NCBI GenBank assembly: GCA_036785375.1
Contig: JAWMAR010000030.1
Location: forward strand, 5,704,001 to 5,768,000
Origin: Leucoraja ocellata
Lineage: Eukaryota
Direction of reading: 5' to 3'
DNA: 64,000 bases
Shown: piece after piece, positions 40,301-52,300 of the stretch
Position numbering within the stretch: the first letter of the stretch is position 1
Layout: each line of letters opens with the position of its first letter
Translations under genes and position numbers: made by a program
The notes under the pieces: model-generated
What the model was told of the DNA's origin: nothing
Databases searched by the model: none
The model's input: the letters and a program-made list of their open reading frames with translations, nothing else

Positions 40301-43300
40301 ACCGAGTCTGCACTGACCAGCGATCACCGCACATTAACACAATCCTACACACACTAGGGGCAGTTTTATATTTATACCAAGCCAAGTAACCTGCAAACCT
40401 GTACGTCGTTGTAGTGTGGGAGGAAACCAAAGATCTCGGAGGAATCCCATGCAGGTCATGGGGAGAATGTACAAACTCCGTGCAGACAGCAGCCGTAGTC
40501 AGGATCGAACCCAGGTTTCTAGCGCTGTAAGGTAGCAACTCTACCACTGCACCAGTGTGTCACCCTATATGACCTTGTGAAACATTGACCAGCCTGACTT
40601 GTCCACAAGAAGCAGATCTGCCTGCCACCGCCCATTCATCTCCTCCCGATCATCAGCAAAGTGATGGATGGGATTTGACCATGATTATTATCATTGAACC
40701 TCCCAATGTCAATTTCCTGGGGGCTACTGTTGACAAAAGCTGAACTGGAGTGGACATATATGGATATTATATTATGTATATATACACAATGTGGCTACAA
40801 ATGTAGGTCGGAAGCTAGGATTCCTGCAGTGAGTTACTCACCTCCTAGCTCACCGAAAAGCCCTGTCCCACGGTACAAGTTCATTCCAAGAGCTCTCCTG
40901 AGTTTGCCCAGATTCGAACTCGGAGATTTACAGTAATGGCCACTCGTCGGTACTCGGGGCTCTCGTGGACATTTTTCAAATGTTCACAAGTCTTCCCGTG
41001 CTTACCTGCCGTTAGTGAGATTTGCTGAGTACCTGCCATTCGTGTTACGAGCCGGTAAGAGACGTACCCGAGCTCCAACGTACCCACTACGTTCATTCTC
41101 CGTGCCTACCACGAGTTTGAGGTTTTTTTTAACTCGGGAGAGCTCTTGGAATGAACTCGTACCGTGGGACAGGGCTATAAGCCTGTCCACCATCCACAAG
41201 GTTCGAACCAGGAGTGTGATGGAATACTCTCCATTTGTCTTGATGTGTGCAGCATCATCAACACTCAAAAACCTCAACACCACCCAGGGCGAAGCAGCCT
41301 GCTCGATAGGCAGCCTATCCACAACTATTCACTCATTTCATCATCGCTGCCCTGTAGCAGCAGTTTCTACCATCTACGGGATGCATTGCAGCCACTCACC
41401 AAGACTCCTTGGAGAGCACCTTCCAAGCCTACAATCTTTACCAGGTGGAAGAACAAGGGAAACAAAAACATGGGAACACTACAAACTGGAAGTCACCCTC
41501 CAGGTCACATGCCTTCCTGACTTGGAAATATATCACAATTCCTTCACTCACTGGGTCAAAATCCTGGAGCATCCTCCCTTACAAAACCTCAAGGACTGCA
41601 GATATTCCATAACCACCACCTTCTCCAGTGTCAGAGTCATAGAATGATATAGTGTGGAAACAGGCCCTTCGGCCCAACTTGCCCAACATGTCCCAGCTAC
41701 GCTAGTCCCACCTGCCAGAAATCAGTGCAATCAGGAATGGGTAGTTCCATGAAGGAGGGTCTGAAGAGGGGTTTCGGCCCGAAACGTCGCCTATTTTCTT
41801 CGCTCCATAGATGCTGCTGCACCTGCTGAGTTTCTCCAGCAATTTTGTGTACCTTGGGTAGTTCCATGTCACCTCAACTTCCAAAGCCCACATCCCTTGA
41901 AAAAATAATAAAAAGGTATAATCAGACTCTTCTGGACTTTATCTTGCACTAAGCGTTATTGCCTTTGTCATGTATCTGTACACTGTGGCCGACTTGATTG
42001 TAATCATGTATTGTCTTTCGAACAAAAAAGCTTTTTACTCTATCTGGGTGCACACGATAATGACCTAAACTGGCTGGGCTTTTCAGGACAAGCTCTTCAT
42101 TCAAGTTACACAGATCAGAAAAGGTCATACCCCTCATTTGTCTATGAGTTGGAATTTGGAGCAATAAGGAGCCTTGTACCATGAAGTATAAACAAAATAT
42201 TTATCTTCCTAGATCACTACAGGCTTGCAAATGATGCCAGTAGCATATCTATTCCTATGCCTAATCAATCATTTTTTTACTATCTACCTTCAATGCCGTA
42301 GTAATGTTCAATCTCTCCATCTCTGCTAGGATTACTACGATAAGGGCGATTATATCATTCGTCAAGGAGAGCAAGGTAGCACCTTCTTCATTATTGCAAA
42401 AGGAAAGGTAGGAGATGATGTATATTCATGAATTTATCTGTGGAGTCCCATTGCTATGAGATGTGATCCCGCTAAGGGCAATAATTCTTGGATCTTTTTT
42501 TGAAGGAGGATTTACTGCTTTTTGTGATAGCAGTTGTCTGTGTATTAGTAAATGAATGAACCAACTTGCATTCTAATCTTAATTGTATGATCTAAACTGA
42601 TTGATTGATGTAAGAGTGGTTGCAATTTTTTGCATTTCTGGTGGTGCAATCTACAGCGTGAGTTTAAAAGGTGTCTAAAAAACTATAAATAAGTGCAAGG
42701 ACATGCCTTAGTGAAATTTCGTCCTCAATCCAACCACCAAAATAAACAGAGTGATTTTGTTTGCTGAGTGTACCGCAGGTGCCTATGTACTAATGCCACA
42801 TATAAAATGTGCTGTTTGAAGCCATTTTCAAAGTCTTGCATCATTTTTCATCGCAATCTAAGAGAGGTCAGGTTTGGGGGAGTTCCCACCACCACGGGTA
42901 CCATGTAATCCCGTGCTACCTGTTCAATGATCGGATAGTCGGCCACTAAACCATCTCCGCCACCTGGTTTGCCAGGTGACGAGGGGGCTGTGGACCTCCA
43001 GCCGGTCCAAAAACAAGGCCCGTCAAAGGGCAGATGAGTTCCTAGCGAGCCAATGGCCATCCACACTTCAGTAGAAGTTGCGATCACTGTCGTGCACGGC
43101 ATTGTAAGGCACCATGCCTGTTGATGTTTTCAACAATGATGATGATGATTAGAGAGGAAACACACAAATGCAATAACTGCCATGTTGCCAGACTATCAAT
43201 TAGCAATGTGACAAGTTGTTCTGAAATAGAAGTTGTTTCTGTTAATGTGCATTTGTATCTGTCTGCTATTGAAAGATGTGAGGGCTCTTGTGGTTTTATT

Positions 43301-46300
43301 GATCCTGAACAGGTCCAGGTGACACAGACAAGAGAGGGAGATGAAGAACCACAAGAAATTAAGAAATTAAAGGCAGGAGAATACTTTGGAGAAAAAGCAT
43401 TAATAAGGTACGTCAGTATGCAGTGCATGAAATCCCATCAATTGGGATTGAATGGAAAGGAAACAGCAGACAAGATTTAATTAGTGCAGGTCTTGATTTG
43501 CAGAACTAAGTTTTGGCATCACTCAATACATTCTTGGAGCTGACTAACCTGTGCTGTGAAAGAAACATAGACTTAGGCTCCTGGTAGATCATTATCAGCT
43601 TAGGAACCTTCCCCCATTTGCTCTATTGTCTAGTGAAGCGAACAATGATATAACATCGGCTGTGGCTCCTCTGTCACACTGCTAATCCGAGTACAAATAC
43701 TTCTGCTGTTTTCTCCACGCACTCTTCTGCAAGGAAGAGTTGTGAATGTGCAAAATAGCAATCATACTTCACAAACATTATGTTCTTCATATTGCTAGTC
43801 ATTGTTTTAAGTCTTTGTGGTATCACAGAGTTTTAATTTCAGCTTATGACAGAGAAATACTATTCTACAAAATGCCTGAGTAGAACAAAGTGAAAATTAC
43901 AAGAACAAGACAACACAATAATTAGTAAATGAGCTGCTTTATAAATGGCAGTTTGACACTTGGTGGAACAAGGCAGCTTTCTTATTCATCATACAGCCAG
44001 AGCACGTGAGATACTAAACAAATGCACCCGGATAGAGTTGTGGGCGGCTTTATTGTGAGCTCTGATTCACGGCAGAAAGTGGAACATATTACTGACTCTT
44101 TTGTCCTTATTGTACATTCAGCCCATTTATAGACTTTTCTTTAGCACATTCAGCCCATCCATACAATGTTAACCTGAACAAGGAACTTCAGATGCTGGAG
44201 GATAGATCCAGTCCTGACAATTACCTGTCCATTCCCTCCACAGATGTTGCTTGACCCATTGAGTTCCTCCGCAACTTTGTATTTTGTGCAGGATGTAGCC
44301 ATATAGTCTACAGCATAAGTGTCCACCTAAGTACGTCTCAATGTATAGAGAGCATTTATGCCTCCATCTATCCTTCATTCTGAGGGCTCAAGACTCCTAC
44401 CGCTCATAGCTGACTTCTTCATTTGACCTGTCTATTGACTCCATCCCCAACTAATCCCTTTAATCAACCCCCAGCTCGTTTCTCTGCTTCTTTCTTTTGC
44501 GATGCCTTGCTTGATTGCTCAGTTCATAAAGACCAAGTGTTTGAATGTAAAGAATGCATTGACCACACCTTACATCAAAACTAATTGAATGGATGAGGTA
44601 ACAAGTCCTCTGTGGAAGAATTGAGACCAAATCATAAATATTTGTTTCGCAATGCTACGATAATGTGCCTACTCCTGCTCTGAAATAATATGTTTATGTC
44701 TTCATCCTGATAATGCTTTATACATCTTTGGGATAAGCAAAGAGTTGGGATGTAACTAGAACACATTTGTAGAATCGGGTGACAACACTGTATTCCTTAA
44801 CTGCTTTAATTGTATACATTTGAAACGATATTCAAAATATTCTATTAACATTACATTACAAGTACATTGAGGACATTTAAATAGAAATGTGAATTCTGAA
44901 AGCGATTTCACAAATGAAAAAGTCAGATCAGAAAATCAGCCCTAATCTGATCGCAACATCTTTCTTTTCTCTCCTTACGCAGCGACGATCTCCGTTCTGC
45001 AAACATAATTGCAGATGATGATGATACCCAGTGCTTGGTTGTAGATCGCGAGTAAGTCTTCCTATGGAGTGAACTTTCATGCAGTGGGCAGTGGGGATAT
45101 TGAGTGGTATTTCAACTTTGGCAGGAATAAAACGTGTTTTACACATACTCAAATCACCATCAGCTCTGCAGTGGGATTTTCATAAATGACAAAAAGCAAG
45201 AATTCAATATTCAGTGGTGAAATATTATTATTTGAGATTGAGAGGCTACAGTAATTCACCTGATATCAGGATACAATTTCTTGCTTCTCTAACTCTGCTG
45301 CAAGCAAACCCTGCTTGTACTCACAACTAACCCAAGCATCAAACCACCAACGATCAAAATCAGGCACAACCTTCACTGGCTGCTCAAGGCACTCTGCCCT
45401 GACCACAATATCCTTGTAGCTAGAGAGTTTTAATTTTAGGGTTGTGAAACCTAACAAGCCATAATCAATTGTCGCCTTTATTCTAATATAACAGTTCACA
45501 CTGCCCATCACCTACTAGTCTGTGCAGTCCTTCGGTTTCTTTCCCTTTCCAGTCTCCAGTCTGGTACCTATGTCACTGTTCGGAACAACTTTTTATTATT
45601 ACAAAAGTCATAATACTGAATTGTACTCCAGCTAATCAAATACAATGTCACTTGTCATAATGGGGTACATTCTACTTGAACAATAATTCAAGTGAGAGGC
45701 AAATTCAATGGTATTATTCATTAACAATACGATGCATTTTATCTCAGGTACTTAGCATGGTTTGTGCTAGACCCCCCCCCCCCCATGCCTTATAAACATT
45801 TTCCCTTCCAATATACATCCAGTTCTCTTTTCATAATTACTGTTCAACCTGCTTCCTCTGCCCTTTCAGGCAGCACAAACATTTTGCATTAAAAAAATCT
45901 CTGCATCTGCTCTCTAGTTCCTCGCCGATTATTCTAAGCCTATATCCATTGATTAGTCACCCTGATAGTGGAATCAATTCCTCGCTATCTTTTCAAAAGA
46001 TTTCTCTCCCCAAACCTCCTCTGCTCTACAGCAACGATACCAGCTTCATTTCAAAATGTCCTATCGCATAGGAACTATGATAATGATTAATTATCTAACA
46101 TTCACATTTATGAAAACCCTCTGAATAGCCAAGAGCTATTGATGCCAACTACAAAATGGATCGATACTTACAGTTCGGAGATAAGTGGTCTCAGGGCACC
46201 TCTGGTTTACAGATACAGCAAGGAAACAGGCCCTTCAGCGTACTGAGTCTGCATCGATTAGCGATCCCTCTAACACTGTCCTGCACAAACTGGGGACAAT

Positions 46301-49300
46301 TTAAAATTTATACAAGCCAATTAACCTACAAACCTGTATGCGGTGATGGGTGTGTGGGAGGAAACTGAAGATCCCGGAGAAAACCCACGTGGTCATGAGA
46401 AGAGTGTACAAACTCCATACAGACAGCACTCGTAGTCAGGATCAAACCAGGTTCTCTAGCGCTGTAGGCCGCAACTCTACTGCTACACCACCGTGCCGCC
46501 CACAGTGCTCCCCTGGTTCTGTGACTCTGGCCAACCTAGTTGGACCTCTGGACCTCTCCATGGTAACAGCAGATGCTTCTGATGATCTTATACCCTGTCT
46601 AAGAACTAACAGGCTTGTTCAACAACTGGAATTTAGCTTGGATACCAATTAAGTAGGTTTTCATCTCAGCTCCTTGAGTCGCAGTCCAACGAAAATAATA
46701 CATATAAATAATAAGAAATCTGCCCTAATTGTTCAATGACATAAAAATAATGGCTTGCAAGTGAAGTTCTTCACTGATAAACTTAATTGCAGAGTATGAT
46801 GATATCCGCTGCTTAGTTGTAGATTATGAGTACGTCTTCCTGTGGAGTGAACTTTCATCCACTGGTTAATTGAGTGTTATTTCAATTTCAAAAGGAATCA
46901 AATTTGGTTTGCAAAACCTCAAATTATTTAATTTAAATTTAATTAAACAAAATAAAATATATCTATGTTCAAATATGTTATATAAAGTGCCGAAGATGTG
47001 TGACATTTCCCCTGACATCATGATTATCCCATTCATCTGCTTCCTCTCCCTTGTCTCATCTCTACTCCTCTAGCTTCTAAGGGTCCTTCTCCTCCACAAT
47101 CCCGTACCCCCCCCCCCCACCCCCCTCTCCACCCCCAACCCTCCTCTTTACCCAACTTGATGTGCCCACTAAAAAGTTTTTAAATTATGTGATCGGATTC
47201 ATCTAAATGCATTTTAAAATGTGTCCCCAGCGTGTTTAACCAAATGGTTGGCACATATGAGGAGTTGCAGACCTACTTGAAGGAGTACGTGGATCAACTC
47301 TCCCGCAGTGATGAAAACAGAAATACAATGTCAGTATCCTCCATTTCTAATTGTATCATTAGTTCGTTTGGAGTAAATCCTACTAGTTGATGTTATGCGT
47401 TCACACTGTATATGTAGTTGCAGAGCGGACCTCCTGTCCCTGAGTCAAAAGGCACGACTAGCTCCCTTTCTAGTAACCTGGTGGAAATTGTGCCCTGCCA
47501 TAGGATGTGTTATACTTTGGCTGGGATGTTAACCAGAATTGTCATCAACATGTGCCCCATAGCCCAATCGCCCCATTGTACTGCATCCCTTAAAGCTCTA
47601 TATCAGTCTCCATTCAAGTGGTCTCTTGCTTCAGTCATGCATAGTCTTTCATTCCCACTTTAGTGCAAGTGTTTTCAGTTGTCATACAAGCACCATGCGA
47701 TGTGTTTATGGAAAAGCAAGTTCGATGGGTCAAGTCATGCTTGTCACTATGTTCTTCCAGCAGTTTGTTTTTTTGCTCCAGATTCCAGCATCTGCAGCAT
47801 CTTGTGTCTCCCTCATCTCCCCCCTCTTCACCACGATTTTTGTTCCCGAGTAGATTTCACCTACCAAACAGGCGAGAGAAGGAATGGAGAAGAATGCAGA
47901 TTTTCTTACTGTTAATAAACTTGGTGAAAAGAGTAGGGCATAAGAACACGGGAAAATTGGAGCAGGAGTAGACAGGACCAAGGAGTATTTATGTCAAAAC
48001 TTGGCAAGCAAAATTTGACACAAAAGCTGTGCAAGTTAAATCAAAGCAAGGGAAAAGAGGTGTTGTTTTTACAAAAAGTGAGTGATGAAAGAAAACAAAA
48101 ATTCACATGCCAATCTATGAAACGTTTCCAAAGCCTTTGATTGAGAATTTGTAGAAACAGGTTGTGCAGTAGCTGCCAGGTACTTTATTGAATGTGTTCC
48201 CTCATTCACTGCTACCAATTAAAATCTGATTCCTTTTATTTCCGAAGGCCATTCACAACTGCGCAACAACTTTCCTCTGAGTGCATCGAGGTGATGCGAC
48301 TGAGGGAAAAGGTGGCCAAATTTATGAATGTATCCCCTTCCAAAAACTTTGACATTATTACCACTCTGGGCATGGGAGGCTTCGGCCGTGTAGACCTGGT
48401 GAGTGGGATTGGAATGAAAGTGATGGGGAATGTTTGTATGGGCGAGAGGGATCATTGTCAAAACTATGTCTACATGGGCAAAGTGGGCAAAGCCTGTTTC
48501 CATGCTGTGTAGCTCTAATATTGTTAATGGTACAAATTAAAACAATCTAGTTAAGGTGGTGTCATGGTAGCACAGCAGTCAAGTTGCTGTCTTACAGTGG
48601 CAGGAGCCGGGTTTGATCCCAGGTGCTGTCAGTATGGAGTTTGTATGTTCTCCCCATGACCTGCATGGGTTTTCTCCTACACACATAAACCTACAATGTT
48701 CAGTGTTTGCACTGGTGCTGATCGGTCAACCTCTAAGCGCTGGAGGAACACAGTGGGTCAGACAGCATCTGTGGAGGGAAATGGACAACAATGTTTTGGA
48801 TAGGGACCCTTCTTCAGTCTTAACTGCCGAGTTCCTCCGACAGTTTTTTTACTCAAGATTCTGCCATCTGCAGTCTTGTGTGTTGCCATTTTACTGCTAA
48901 TTGGTCACTTTATGTACCACTCCTTTTCAAACTCATTGCTGTGCACTGAGCTATTTATCAATTTAAATAGTAAATGTTCGATCTGGAGTTTAAATGATTA
49001 GCTATCATGGATATGTTATAGTGCATCATGCTCCTTTAGCTAAAAGGATGAGTCCTTCAATCTTGCTTTTTCTGTCTGTTATGTTAACTGAAATGTCTTG
49101 TACAATTCGGTGCTTCTCCAGGTGAAGCTGAAGGATGAAGATATCACCTTTGCCCTGAAATGTATCAAAAAGAAGCATGTTGTGGATACTCGGCAACAAG
49201 AGCATGTCTACTCCGAGAAGAACATTCTGCTTCAGACCAAATGCCAGTTTATTGTGAGGTGAGGCAAGCTTCATTTTCCAGAGATGATTAAGATTTGAAG

Positions 49301-52300
49301 CGAGCTGTGCACTCGTTCCAGTCATCTCCTGTGAATGGGATTTGCATGTTTATATGCTTATGCACATGTGTGTGTAACTATCTATCTACACGTGCACGCG
49401 TACACACATATAAATATATATATCAATCAATCAATCAATCAATCAGTTGATGTGTGTGTGTGTGTGTGTGCGTGTATATATATATTTTTGAGTGTAGAAA
49501 GGAACTGCAGATGCTGGTATATACTGAAGATGCTGGAGTAACTCAGGTCGGTAGCATCTCTGGAGGAAAAAGGATGGGTGATGTTTTGNNNNNNNNNNNN
49601 NNNNNNNNNNNNNNNNNNNNNNNNNNNNNNNNNNNNNNNNNNNNNNNNNNNNNNNNNNNNNNNNNNNNNNNNNNNNNNNNNNNNNNNNNNNNNNNNNNNN
49701 NNNNNNNNNNNNNNNNNNNNNNNNNNNNNNNNNNNNNNNNNNNNNAGTGTATATATGGTAATAAATTTACATTTAGTTATGAGGGCATGTAACTGTAGAT
49801 GTGCATTAAATGCGTGTAAATGTGAATATAATGTGTAGCCACTATATAAGTGTGTATTCTGCCAGTCTATGTGTATGTGGGCTTCCCTGTGTATGTAACT
49901 GTCAGTGGATCTTTGTGTAATTTTTGTATCTTTGCAAATGTTGGTAATTTGTATGTACGTGGGCACATTTTCAGTTAATACTTACAGAGTTATGTATAGT
50001 GCAGGTGTCTGTAAAAATGTGTGCAAATCTGTTTCTATGTCCTATAGTCTTCCAACTGTGGGTAACAACTATGATCCATTCAGATTTTAGCTCATTACAC
50101 CTTTGCAAATCAGAAGTATGAGAATAAGTCACTTCAGTTGATGACTTGGTAGCCTAGGTACACCAGGAAATTTATTTCCTGCTCATTCATGCTCAAAGAT
50201 GACACCCTGAATGTCAGGGATTACGGGGAAAAGGCAGGAGAATGGGGTTGAGAGGGAAAGATAGAATGGTGGAGTAGACTTGATGGGCCGGATGACCTAA
50301 TTCTGCTCTTATCATTTATGAACATGAATTTATTAATGTGTTCCCCCTGTCTGTTTCACTCACTAGACCAGGAAACAACATTGGCATATTATGTAAGCAC
50401 CGATGCATTTTGTTTCATTGCATTCACTCAACTCTGGTCTGAATTTGATATATCTGACTGCTTCCTACTCCAAAACACCCTTGTAGTTTCAGCCCCCTCC
50501 TTGGGTGTTGTCAAACTTTCTCTGCACAAACCTTTAGTGATGAAAATGGTCAAAGTTGCCTTGTGAAAGTGCTGCTGGCACATTTACACCAAGCCACCTG
50601 TTGTTTTGTGCCTTCAGACTGTCATAGCTTCAACCAAATCTGAAGCACATGTCATTTTCAAATGTCAGCTCAATTTATGATTGAAATGAATTGTGTGTCA
50701 GGCATGTCTGGAGACTTACAATGGGGTGTGCAACAAAGATGATAAAGCCTTCTGCTCCAGCTGCCTGCTTAAGAGTGCACAGGAGTCTTTTATCAAAGAA
50801 TATTTTAGAATAATTTAAAAATAATAGATAATGCTACAAAGCATGTCATACATACCAATTAATATGGAAAGGCAATTGCTTCGTGTTGATTTATTTTACT
50901 TTGCGTATTACCAATCTGCGGATTGTATGAAAAAGTGTTTATCAATGATTTCTAAATAAGATCAAAGGAAGTAAGATTGTGCATTTCCAAAGCACCCGCC
51001 GTAGCTTCAAGGTGTCGCAAAGCATCATGCAGTCAATAAATTTATTATTTTGAATGCGTAAGAAAAGTGGCAGACAATTTAAGCCCACATGGAGGACAGA
51101 TAATGTTGAGATTATTGTGCTCACATCAGAGAAGTGAACCTGTGACCTCTAACTCAGTTGCATAGTAATGTCTGATCCCTAGATTCTCTGCGCTGAATGG
51201 CTTCCCCCCTCAGCACTCTCAGAGTGCCCATGCTTCAATTCACTCCATCCCAACCACAGCACAGGTGCCTCAACAAGAACAAACACCCCACGATGACACG
51301 AGGTTGCCCAACTACAGGGTGGATGATCAGTGCAACGTTTATCGGCAGAAAAATAATCACCGGCACTCAGTCAACACAAGAGGATGGAGGTGGATTAACC
51401 ACGTTCTAGCGGCAATTTTGCATCACCATGTCTTTGATTGTTATGTGGAAATGTTCAGCAGATCAGGCAGCATCTGTGGAGAGAGAAGCATGGCTTAATG
51501 TTTTAGGTCAAAAGCTTCTACCATGCGACATTTACAATGGGACTGCTTTAAACTCAAAGAATCCATTGCCATCAAAATGCTGGCCAATCAGTGTAATTTT
51601 TGACGAGTTGGTTGTATGTTCCTTTCAATTGTTACGAGCTCCAGTATTGTGCCTTGCCTCGCAATGATTTTTAAGGATAAAAGCACCAGTCACTTTATGA
51701 TGTTCCCAAAAGATTCTTCATGAGGATGTGACCATTGCTACAATGCTGGTGTGCTAGTATGTTTTCCTGCTTCCCTTGAGAAGTTTCCTTTCTCTGGTGA
51801 TGATTGAGTAAGGAATGCCACACATGGGAGCTCCAGGATTTTGACCCACTAAGGATGAAAGAACCAGAATGGGTTTCCAAATCGGTGATGAGGTGCAGGG
51901 AGAGAGTGAACGAAAGGTTAGTGTTTGAGGAAACCAGATATTACTGGGGGGCTGTATGAATTTACAAAGATAGGGAGGAAAGTATTCACATTATTAATCC
52001 AGGATAGTATTCACATTATTAAATCAATGCTTCAGAGCTCAGGAGAGAGGGCTTGGTCGGGCAGGGCGTGGGAATTGATGAAGTCGGTGATGTTGCTAGA
52101 AATGGTGGCCTGGTGCTCGTCAGTGGGGTCATGGTCCAAGGGTAAGTAGGAGGAGGTGTCCGAGAGTTGGCGCGTAGCCTCAGCTTTGTAGAGATCGATG
52201 CGCCAGACTACCACGGCACCTCCCTTGTCGGCTGGTTTGATAACCCAATCTGGGTTTTTGCGGAGTGATTCAATGACAGTGCGTTCAGAGGGGGAAAGAT

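Larger units (their letters stand above)
40100..41630 (+). mobile_element. Old CR1/L2-type LINE fragment with nested SINE and MITE
   Basis: [18 protein letters not shown] before the SINE, VHKKQ after it, [17 protein letters not shown] after the MITE. Confidence 0.7.

Noticed and set aside
41002-41647. 210-aa and overlapping ORFs as a host gene
   Set aside because: Chimeric read-through from a MITE into a degraded LINE.
49589-49745. Kinase exon hidden in the N gap
   Set aside because: Exons ending at 49258 and starting at 52908 join in frame (FIVR-LYRT) with no missing kinase sequence.
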